Below are positions 1 to 6,381 of a DNA stretch of 32,000 nt, piece by piece. The stretch lies in contig CP178758.1 of NCBI GenBank assembly GCA_047651235.1, positions 1,830,001 through 1,862,000 on the forward strand. The letters are read 5' to 3'. The notes under the pieces were generated by a model, which was not told where the DNA came from, searched no databases, and worked only from the letters and a program-made list of their open reading frames with translations. Both the position numbers and the translations under genes were made by a program. The DNA comes from Candidatus Electrothrix yaqonensis (GTDB taxonomy: Bacteria > Desulfobacterota > Desulfobulbia > Desulfobulbales > Desulfobulbaceae). Position 1 is the stretch's first letter. Every line of letters starts with the position of its first letter.

Positions 1-168
1 AAAAATATTTTTTTAAGCAAACAAGCAGATATTGAGGAAGCTTTTTTGTAAATGCTTTCTTTTTGATCCTGCTTTCCTTTGTATATTACTATAAAAACAG
101 CATGTTATGTCGAATTCAAGAGTGATAATTTCTTCTATGTATCTTTTTGAAATAAATATATTTTTTTC

Positions 169-195
169 TTGACTTGGCGTTTAAAGTTTTATACT
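169..195 (+). promoter_or_regulatory. Candidate sigma70-type promoter upstream of the RNA repeat array
   Basis: TTGACT (169-174), 15-nt spacer, TATACT (190-195), preceded by a T-run (161-168). The spacer is shorter than the 17-nt optimum. The string tttttNtcttgac recurs at the second promoter candidate (1551-1563). Confidence 0.3.
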
Positions 196-307
196 CTTGT
201 ATAAGAAAGTTGATTACTGCTGTTTCCTTCTGAATTGCAAGAGAAAGAGAGGAGAAAATTTGCGGTGCGGCTTTCGTAAAAAGTTTGTCAGTCGTATACA
301 GAAACAA

Positions 308-526
308 CATTCATAATTATGGCAGCGCTTATTCAGTAAGCAGGTGCTGTGCTTTCCGGTCGGAAACGGAAAGCTGATAAAGCCACAACCGCCGCGAGGC
401 GGTGTCGGAAAACTTCGGGTCTCCGGAAAGGAGACGGCCGGGTTGCCTGCTTTTAGTCAGATGTACCGGGAGGTAAGTTATGAAGTCGAAGCTCCTTAAA
501 ACGGTCTGTAACCATACAGTCCTTTT
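308..526 (+). ncRNA. Structured RNA unit 1 (riboswitch-like or sRNA-like, class unassigned)
   Basis: Closing helix AAGCAGG (338-344) / CCTGCTT (446-452). Hairpin A 351-358/367-374. Hairpin B ACCGCC-GCGA-GGCGGT (388-403, GNRA loop). Hairpin C GTCTCC-GGAAA-GGAGAC (419-435). Then GGGAGG (468-473) and ATG (480-482). Then hairpin GGTCTGTA-ACCA-TACAGTCC (503-522) followed by TTTT (523-526). GNRA loops exist only in + strand sense. Confidence 0.6.
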
Positions 527-544
527 ACCTTTCACAAACACGAA

Positions 545-766
545 CATTCATAATTATGGCAGTGCTTATTATTCAGTAAGCAGGTGCTGTGCTTTCCGGT
601 CGGAAACGGAAAGCTGATAAAGCCACAATCGTCGCGAGGCGATGTCGGAAAACTTCGGGTCTCCGGAAAGGAGACGGCCGGGTTGCCTGCTTTTAGTCAA
701 ATGTACCGGGAGGTAAGTTATGAAGTCGAAGCTCCTTAAAACGGTCTGTAACCATACAGTCCTTTT
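545..766 (+). ncRNA. Structured RNA unit 2
   Basis: Same architecture, core 578-692. Hairpin B is ATCGTC-GCGA-GGCGAT (628-643). Relative to unit 1, one C-G pair has become T-A (629:642) and one has become a T:G wobble (632:639). ATG 720-722. Hairpin plus T-run 743-766. Confidence 0.6.
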
Positions 767-784
767 ACCTTTCACAAACACGAA

Positions 785-1003
785 CATTCATAATTATGGC
801 AGCGCTTATTCAGTAAGCAGGTGCTGTGCTTTCCGGTCAGAAACGGAAAGTTGATAAAGCCACAACCGCTGCGAGGCGGTGTCGGAAAACTTCGGGTCTC
901 CGGAAAGGAGACGGCCGGGTTGCCTGCTTTTAGTCAGATGTACCGGGAGGTAAGTTATGAAGTCGAAGCTCCTTAAAACGGTCTGTAACTATACAGTCCT
1001 TTT
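785..1003 (+). ncRNA. Structured RNA unit 3
   Basis: Core 815-929. The closing pair of hairpin A changes from G-C to G:T (828:851). Hairpin B has a C-G to T:G change (870:875). The other changes fall in loops (GTCGGAAA to GTCAGAAA; ACCA to ACTA). ATG 957-959. Hairpin plus T-run 980-1003. Confidence 0.6.
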
Positions 1004-1021
1004 ACCTTTCACAAACACGAA

Positions 1022-1194
1022 CATTCATAATTATGGCAGCGCTTATTCAGTAAGCAGGTGCTGTGCTTTCCGGTCGGACACGGAAAGCTGATAAAGCCAC
1101 AATCGTCGTGAGGCGATGTCGGAAAACTTCGGGTCTCCCAAAGGAGACGGCCGGGTTGCCTGCTTTTAGTCAAATCTGTACCGGGAGGTAAGTT
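1022..1194 (+). ncRNA. Structured RNA unit 4 (3' part replaced by unique sequence)
   Basis: Core 1052-1165. Hairpin B is ATCGTC-GTGA-GGCGAT (1102-1117): the loop is GTGA, still GNRA, and the stem carries the same compensated pair as unit 2. The hairpin C stem is kept while its loop changes (GGAAA to CAAA). GGGAGG then ATG at 1195. Confidence 0.55.
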
Positions 1195-1422
1195 ATGAAA
1201 TCGAAGTTCCCCAGAAGCGGCTTGCAGCTGTCTGTTTTCTTCAGCTGCGCCAGCAGTTCAGCTGGTCGCCGCCACTCTTCTCCTTCTGTTCGGAAAAAAC
1301 ACAAAATATTTACGGATAGTATCGGCTCCAAGTGTCATCGATCAGGTGCAGTTTTAGCTCTGTCTCCAGATTTCAAAGAGGGACAGTTCGACGATACTGA
1401 AAAACATCATTCAACCTGCTAA
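1195..1422 (+). CDS. Hypothetical 75-aa ORF starting at the conserved SD/ATG of RNA unit 4 (doubtful)
   Basis: GGGAGG lies 7 nt upstream of the ATG. The product has no recognisable motif and odd composition. It is the only ORF in 788-1640. It may be noncoding. Confidence 0.2.
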   Translation: MKSKFPRSGLQLSVFFSCASSSAGRRHSSPSVRKKHKIFTDSIGSKCHRSGAVLALSPDFKEGQFDDTEKHHSTC

Positions 1423-1558
1423 AAAGATATTTTTGACACTTTATTTCTCTAATGGGCAACATTTGTAGATTTTTATCCTATATTTTACGTTTTATATTTT
1501 ATATTTTTGGCAAACAATGACATAATATAAAAAAAGTAGCTTAAAAACAATTTTTCTC

Positions 1559-1587
1559 TTGACACAAGAAGCAATACGATTTACGCT
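1559..1587 (+). promoter_or_regulatory. Candidate sigma70-type promoter of the small-secreted-protein operon
   Basis: TTGACA (1559-1564), 17-nt spacer, TACGCT (1582-1587). It sits at the end of a very AT-rich tract (1423-1558) with repeated tatatttta strings (UP-element-like) and about 78 nt upstream of the ATG at 1665. Confidence 0.4.
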
Positions 1588-1664
1588 TATCAAGCAATAC
1601 TCGAAAGCAAAAAATAGATATCACGCTTCTTAAGAATATTTTGCTTCGACTGGAGGTTTTGAGA

Positions 1665-2078
1665 ATGGATAGATATTTTACAATAATACTACTGATGTTA
1701 TTTCTTTGTACTGCGTCTGTGGCTATTGGAAAAGAAAATAAACAATTTTCCGGTGCTTTTTTGATTGACCAAACTGTAAAAGCAAACGATTTTACCGGGA
1801 AATCTGTTAGTGATGCCGGTGTTGCCCAAGGCGGAAATGTTGTTACAGGAATGGCGATTGCAGGAGTAGGTCAGAACGCAATTCTTGACGGTGACCTTGA
1901 ATTGAAAATGAAAAAAGGCGAGCGCAACACCCAGGGCCTGAACGTTGTTTCCGGCAAAGTAACGGCGCTTGTCGGTCAGATCGGCGTGGTTGATGAGGAT
2001 GCCGCACTGAAATCTGTAGGCAATGAGAAGTCTGCGCAGGGCATAAACGTGGTCAACGCCTGCGAGGGATGTCAGTAA
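1665..2078 (+). CDS. Secreted QG-x-NV repeat protein, copy 0 (137 aa; chimeric: divergent low-GC 5' part, 3' part identical to the array)
   Basis: GGAGG (1652-1656) lies 8 nt before the ATG at 1665; the track start at 1641 is a TTG. Hydrophobic signal peptide MDRYFTIILLMLFLCTASVAIG. From nt 1917 onward it is identical to the downstream copies. Confidence 0.8.
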   Translation: MDRYFTIILLMLFLCTASVAIGKENKQFSGAFLIDQTVKANDFTGKSVSDAGVAQGGNVVTGMAIAGVGQNAILDGDLELKMKKGERNTQGLNVVSGKVTALVGQIGVVDEDAALKSVGNEKSAQGINVVNACEGCQ

Positions 2079-2093
2079 TCAGGAAGTCGAAAA

Positions 2094-2151
2094 CGCCGGA
2101 CGGTGCGTGTCCGGCGGTACAGGATACAACGGAAGCGGTGGGGACCGCTTC
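2094..2151 (+). other. Intercistronic double hairpin, present in all six 111-bp spacers (also at +537, +1074, +1611, +2148, +2685)
   Basis: Hairpin CGCCGGAC-GGTGCGT-GTCCGGCG (2094-2116) and hairpin GAAGCGGT-GGGG-ACCGCTTC (2132-2151). Neither is followed by a T-run. TACAAT (2163-2168) and GGAG follow. Confidence 0.6.
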
Positions 2152-2189
2152 ATTAACTACACTACAATTGTACTACGGAGACTGAAGAA

Positions 2190-2615
2190 ATGAAAATGAA
2201 ATTTATAGCAGCAGCATTCGCACTGGCACTGGCAGTACCCGCAGCATCCATGGCCAACGGCGGCAGGCATCATCAGTTCGGCGGTCAGGCTGCCGGTATC
2301 GTGCAGGGTCTTGAAACCGGTGAGGATTTTTCGGCAGATTCAATAGGCGACGAGAAAGTCACTCAGGGCGGCAACGTGGTCAAGGGTAATGTGACCAAAG
2401 GTATCCTGCAGCTCGCCGATGTGGGCGGTGATCTTGATCTGACCATGGTGGGCGGCGAGCGCAACACCCAGGGCCTGAACGTTGTTTCCGGCAAAGTAAC
2501 GGCGCTTGTCGGTCAGATCGGCGTGGTTGATGAGGATGCCGCACTGAAATCTGTAGGCAATGAGAAGTCTGCGCAGGGCATAAACGTGGTCAACGCCTGC
2601 GAGGGATGTCAGTAA
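2190..2615 (+). CDS. Secreted QG-x-NV repeat protein, array copy 1 (141 aa)
   Basis: GGAG lies 9 nt before the ATG. Signal peptide MKMKFIAAAFALALAVPAASMA. QG-x-NVV occurs at residues 59-64, 94-99 and 129-134, exactly 35 residues apart. C-terminus is NACEGCQ. Confidence 0.85.
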   Translation: MKMKFIAAAFALALAVPAASMANGGRHHQFGGQAAGIVQGLETGEDFSADSIGDEKVTQGGNVVKGNVTKGILQLADVGGDLDLTMVGGERNTQGLNVVSGKVTALVGQIGVVDEDAALKSVGNEKSAQGINVVNACEGCQ

Positions 2616-2726
2616 TCAGGAAGTCGAAAACGCCGGACGGTGCGTGTCCGGCGGTACAGGATACAACGGAAGCGGTGGGGACCGCTTCATTAACTACACT
2701 ACAATTGTACTACGGAGACTGAAGAA

Positions 2727-3152
2727 ATGAAAATGAAATTTATAGCAGCAGCATTCGCACTGGCACTGGCAGTACCCGCAGCATCCATGGCCAACGGCGG
2801 CAGGCATCATCAGTTCGGCGGTCAGGCTGCCGGTATCGTGCAGGGTCTTGAAACCGGTGAGGATTTTTCGGCAGATTCAATAGGCGACGAGAAAGTCACT
2901 CAGGGCGGCAACGTGGTCAAGGGTAATGTGACCAAAGGTATCCTGCAGCTCGCCGATGTGGGCGGTGATCTTGATCTGACCATGGTGGGCGGCGAGCGCA
3001 ACACCCAGGGCCTGAACGTTGTTTCCGGCAAAGTAACGGCGCTTGTCGGTCAGATCGGCGTGGTTGATGAGGATGCCGCACTGAAATCTGTAGGCAATGA
3101 GAAGTCTGCGCAGGGCATAAACGTGGTCAACGCCTGCGAGGGATGTCAGTAA
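2727..3152 (+). CDS. Secreted QG-x-NV repeat protein, array copy 2 (identical)
   Basis: Translation and flanks identical to 2190-2615. Confidence 0.85.
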   Translation: MKMKFIAAAFALALAVPAASMANGGRHHQFGGQAAGIVQGLETGEDFSADSIGDEKVTQGGNVVKGNVTKGILQLADVGGDLDLTMVGGERNTQGLNVVSGKVTALVGQIGVVDEDAALKSVGNEKSAQGINVVNACEGCQ

Positions 3153-3263
3153 TCAGGAAGTCGAAAACGCCGGACGGTGCGTGTCCGGCGGTACAGGATA
3201 CAACGGAAGCGGTGGGGACCGCTTCATTAACTACACTACAATTGTACTACGGAGACTGAAGAA

Positions 3264-3689
3264 ATGAAAATGAAATTTATAGCAGCAGCATTCGCACTGG
3301 CACTGGCAGTACCCGCAGCATCCATGGCCAACGGCGGCAGGCATCATCAGTTCGGCGGTCAGGCTGCCGGTATCGTGCAGGGTCTTGAAACCGGTGAGGA
3401 TTTTTCGGCAGATTCAATAGGCGACGAGAAAGTCACTCAGGGCGGCAACGTGGTCAAGGGTAATGTGACCAAAGGTATCCTGCAGCTCGCCGATGTGGGC
3501 GGTGATCTTGATCTGACCATGGTGGGCGGCGAGCGCAACACCCAGGGCCTGAACGTTGTTTCCGGCAAAGTAACGGCGCTTGTCGGTCAGATCGGCGTGG
3601 TTGATGAGGATGCCGCACTGAAATCTGTAGGCAATGAGAAGTCTGCGCAGGGCATAAACGTGGTCAACGCCTGCGAGGGATGTCAGTAA
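3264..3689 (+). CDS. Secreted QG-x-NV repeat protein, array copy 3 (identical)
   Basis: Translation and flanks identical to 2190-2615. Confidence 0.85.
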   Translation: MKMKFIAAAFALALAVPAASMANGGRHHQFGGQAAGIVQGLETGEDFSADSIGDEKVTQGGNVVKGNVTKGILQLADVGGDLDLTMVGGERNTQGLNVVSGKVTALVGQIGVVDEDAALKSVGNEKSAQGINVVNACEGCQ

Positions 3690-3800
3690 TCAGGAAGTCG
3701 AAAACGCCGGACGGTGCGTGTCCGGCGGTACAGGATACAACGGAAGCGGTGGGGACCGCTTCATTAACTACACTACAATTGTACTACGGAGACTGAAGAA

Positions 3801-4226
3801 ATGAAAATGAAATTTATAGCAGCAGCATTCGCACTGGCACTGGCAGTACCCGCAGCATCCATGGCCAACGGCGGCAGGCATCATCAGTTCGGCGGTCAGG
3901 CTGCCGGTATCGTGCAGGGTCTTGAAACCGGTGAGGATTTTTCGGCAGATTCAATAGGCGACGAGAAAGTCACTCAGGGCGGCAACGTGGTCAAGGGTAA
4001 TGTGACCAAAGGTATCCTGCAGCTCGCCGATGTGGGCGGTGATCTTGATCTGACCATGGTGGGCGGCGAGCGCAACACCCAGGGCCTGAACGTTGTTTCC
4101 GGCAAAGTAACGGCGCTTGTCGGTCAGATCGGCGTGGTTGATGAGGATGCCGCACTGAAATCTGTAGGCAATGAGAAGTCTGCGCAGGGCATAAACGTGG
4201 TCAACGCCTGCGAGGGATGTCAGTAA
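3801..4226 (+). CDS. Secreted QG-x-NV repeat protein, array copy 4 (identical)
   Basis: Translation and flanks identical to 2190-2615. Confidence 0.85.
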   Translation: MKMKFIAAAFALALAVPAASMANGGRHHQFGGQAAGIVQGLETGEDFSADSIGDEKVTQGGNVVKGNVTKGILQLADVGGDLDLTMVGGERNTQGLNVVSGKVTALVGQIGVVDEDAALKSVGNEKSAQGINVVNACEGCQ

Positions 4227-4337
4227 TCAGGAAGTCGAAAACGCCGGACGGTGCGTGTCCGGCGGTACAGGATACAACGGAAGCGGTGGGGACCGCTTCA
4301 TTAACTACACTACAATTGTACTACGGAGACTGAAGAA

Positions 4338-4763
4338 ATGAAAATGAAATTTATAGCAGCAGCATTCGCACTGGCACTGGCAGTACCCGCAGCATCCATG
4401 GCCAACGGCGGCAGGCATCATCAGTTCGGCGGTCAGGCTGCCGGTATCGTGCAGGGTCTTGAAACCGGTGAGGATTTTTCGGCAGATTCAATAGGCGACG
4501 AGAAAGTCACTCAGGGCGGCAACGTGGTCAAGGGTAATGTGACCAAAGGTATCCTGCAGCTCGCCGATGTGGGCGGTGATCTTGATCTGACCATGGTGGG
4601 CGGCGAGCGCAACACCCAGGGCCTGAACGTTGTTTCCGGCAAAGTAACGGCGCTTGTCGGTCAGATCGGCGTGGTTGATGAGGATGCCGCACTGAAATCT
4701 GTAGGCAATGAGAAGTCTGCGCAGGGCATAAACGTGGTCAACGCCTGCGAGGGATGTCAGTAA
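4338..4763 (+). CDS. Secreted QG-x-NV repeat protein, array copy 5 (identical)
   Basis: Translation and flanks identical to 2190-2615. Confidence 0.85.
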   Translation: MKMKFIAAAFALALAVPAASMANGGRHHQFGGQAAGIVQGLETGEDFSADSIGDEKVTQGGNVVKGNVTKGILQLADVGGDLDLTMVGGERNTQGLNVVSGKVTALVGQIGVVDEDAALKSVGNEKSAQGINVVNACEGCQ

Positions 4764-4874
4764 TCAGGAAGTCGAAAACGCCGGACGGTGCGTGTCCGGC
4801 GGTACAGGATACAACGGAAGCGGTGGGGACCGCTTCATTAACTACACTACAATTGTACTACGGAGACTGAAGAA

Positions 4875-5300
4875 ATGAAAATGAAATTTATAGCAGCAGC
4901 ATTCGCACTGGCACTGGCAGTACCCGCAGCATCCATGGCCAACGGCGGCAGGCATCATCAGTTCGGCGGTCAGGCTGCCGGTATCGTGCAGGGTCTTGAA
5001 ACCGGTGAGGATTTTTCGGCAGATTCAATAGGCGACGAGAAAGTCACTCAGGGCGGCAACGTGGTCAAGGGTAATGTGACCAAAGGTATCCTGCAGCTCG
5101 CCGATGTGGGCGGTGATCTTGATCTGACCATGGTGGGCGGCGAGCGCAACACCCAGGGCCTGAACGTTGTTTCCGGCAAAGTAACGGCGCTTGTCGGTCA
5201 GATCGGCGTGGTTGATGAGGATGCCGCACTGAAATCTGTAGGCAATGAGAAGTCTGCGCAGGGCATAAACGTGGTCAACGCCTGCGAGGGATGTCAGTAA
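4875..5300 (+). CDS. Secreted QG-x-NV repeat protein, array copy 6 (identical; last unit)
   Basis: Translation identical to 2190-2615. Downstream sequence diverges immediately after the stop codon. Confidence 0.85.
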   Translation: MKMKFIAAAFALALAVPAASMANGGRHHQFGGQAAGIVQGLETGEDFSADSIGDEKVTQGGNVVKGNVTKGILQLADVGGDLDLTMVGGERNTQGLNVVSGKVTALVGQIGVVDEDAALKSVGNEKSAQGINVVNACEGCQ

Positions 5301-5503
5301 GTTTGCAGGTCAGGGATATTTGAGGTACAGTATACTTGACTCCTAAGTGGAAAAGCCGCCTGCCGCTGTCGGTAAGGATTTGATATTGCGTCTAATTTTT
5401 TGTTTACGGACTCGGCAGGTAAACTTTCCCGCTCGATATGTTAAGCAGGTTACCTGTTATATATTTTATTCAGATAATAATCTGTTGCTGAAGGAGGAGA
5501 ACA

Positions 5504-5941
5504 ATGGTAAAAAAAATATTTTTTACAATAGGCACCGCTGCGATCTTTTTGTTGCCGTCAGCGGCTATGTCACATGAACGAGGTAATCTCTTTGATCAGT
5601 TTAACAATGCTGATGTTGCGGCATTTCAGGGAGTATTTCTGGACCAGGCCATGACAGTGACGTCGTCGAATGATACCAATTCTGTTCAGGGACTGAATGT
5701 GATCAAGGGATTTGCTGCCGGTGGCAAAGTGGTACAAAAGGCTATAGTTGACGCAGACTTATCGTTTGATATGTCTGGCGGGAACGATGCTGTTCAGGGG
5801 ATCAATGTCTATCAGGGCCATCTCAGGAGGGGGAAAATCTCTCAGCTGGCGATTGTTGACGGTAAGGTCACGATGGCATCAAGCGGTAATGATGGTGGAA
5901 TTCAGGGGATTAATGTGATCACCGGCCCTCAGTGCAACTGA
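5504..5941 (+). CDS. Divergent paralog of the QG-x-NV repeat protein (145 aa)
   Basis: AGGAGG lies before the ATG. Signal peptide MVKKIFFTIGTAAIFLLPSAAMS. QG-[LI]-NV at residues 62, 98 and 134 (36-residue spacing). C-terminus is GPQCN. Confidence 0.8.
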   Translation: MVKKIFFTIGTAAIFLLPSAAMSHERGNLFDQFNNADVAAFQGVFLDQAMTVTSSNDTNSVQGLNVIKGFAAGGKVVQKAIVDADLSFDMSGGNDAVQGINVYQGHLRRGKISQLAIVDGKVTMASSGNDGGIQGINVITGPQCN

Positions 5942-6033
5942 TCTTTGTCCTGTCTGGTTTCCGGATTCAATTTTTTCCCTGTCGGGAGATCTCAATAGCC
6001 AATTATGGTGCTTTTTCAGAGGGAGGAGTTGTT

Positions 6034-6381
6034 ATGAAAAGAAGTCTTATATTATCCGTTGTGTTATGCTGTTCTGTCCTGGCGGTTCAGGCGGCGTGTG
6101 CGTCTGAAGATGGAATGAAGATAAAAAAAGCAGACATTCCAAATGCAAACAGGACAGGGACTCTGGCATCAGTAATGAAGAAGGCCAAAGGGATTCAGGA
6201 TGATCAAGGACAAATTAACGAGATAACCGGCGGCACTAAGCTGACTGACGAAAAAGGAAACATCGTTGTTGTTGATGACCTAGACGAACCCACATGTGTT
6301 TTTTACGGCAATTACAACGAAGGTGACGCTAACGTCGATCAATATTTCAATATTGATAAGCTTGAGATTCAATGCAATTAA
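6034..6381 (+). CDS. Small secreted protein (115 aa), distant or minor member of the same locus
   Basis: GGGAGGAG (6021-6028) lies before the ATG at 6034; the track start at 5932 adds a non-signal-like extension. Signal peptide MKRSLILSVVLCCSVLAVQAACA. One QGQINEITGG motif. The C-terminus EIQCN shares QCN with the 5504 paralog. Confidence 0.7.
   Translation: MKRSLILSVVLCCSVLAVQAACASEDGMKIKKADIPNANRTGTLASVMKKAKGIQDDQGQINEITGGTKLTDEKGNIVVVDDLDEPTCVFYGNYNEGDANVDQYFNIDKLEIQCN

Larger units (their letters stand above)
305..1210 (+). repeat. Tandem direct repeat, four units of 237-240 bp (unit starts about 308, 545, 785, 1022; the fourth unit diverges after its ATG)
   Basis: Direct reading. The units are near-identical, with a handful of substitutions, one 3-nt insertion (unit 2), one 1-nt deletion and one 2-nt insertion (unit 4). 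Confidence 0.95.
1917..5300 (+). repeat. Perfect tandem repeat, period 537 bp, about 6.3 units
   Basis: Gene starts at 2190, 2727, 3264, 3801, 4338 and 4875 are spaced exactly 537 bp apart. All six translations are identical, and by eye the coding and 111-bp spacer DNA are identical as well. Identity starts at 1917 (a1916 versus c2453 just before it) and ends at the stop codon at 5300. Confidence 0.95.

Noticed and set aside
116-310. 64-aa minus-strand ORF in the AT-rich leader
   Set aside because: It is an AT-rich, low-complexity translation with no SD and no recognisable features. It overlaps the promoter-like region.
338-452. Assigning the RNA core to GEMM-I (c-di-GMP), cobalamin or SRP RNA
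   Set aside because: Only short strings match what I remember of these families: AAAGCC and GCCGGGUUGCC for GEMM-I, GGUGC and GCCAC for cobalamin, and GGUC-GGAA-GGAAGC-like for SRP helix 8. The order, spacing and remaining conserved nucleotides do not fit. A covariance-model search is needed, so the class is left unassigned.
329-787. Two identical-looking 72-aa minus-strand ORFs (329-547, 569-787) inside the 240-bp repeats
   Set aside because: The frame is not maintained in repeat units 3 and 4, as no equivalent ORFs appear in the track. There is no SD. The substitution pattern follows + strand RNA pairing (GNRA loops, compensatory pairs) rather than codon structure.
2094-2140. Spacer sequence CCGGACGGUGCGUGUCCGGCGGUACAGGAUACAACGG resembling a guanidine-III riboswitch
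   Set aside because: The resemblance to the remembered consensus (CCGGACGAGGUGCGCC...CCGG..CAGGACAAGACGG) is partial. The 3' segment needed to pair with the loop (ACGCAC-like) to form the pseudoknot is absent. The genetic context, between identical secreted-protein genes, does not fit.
305-5300. The two tandem arrays as CRISPR arrays or mobile elements
   Set aside because: The units (237-240 bp and 537 bp) abut directly, with no unique spacers. There are no short palindromic repeats and no cas, transposase or integrase genes. No terminal inverted repeats were seen.
2190-5300. Tandem identical small genes as RiPP precursor peptides
   Set aside because: Each has a classical Sec signal peptide and a 119-aa repeat-structured mature region. 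No adjacent maturation enzymes, leader-recognition genes or peptidase-transporter genes are present.
5347-5577. 76-aa ORF overlapping the start of the 5504 paralog, and the 5932 upstream extension of the 6034 gene
   Set aside because: Neither has an SD. Both overlap better-supported starts that have SD sequences and signal peptides.
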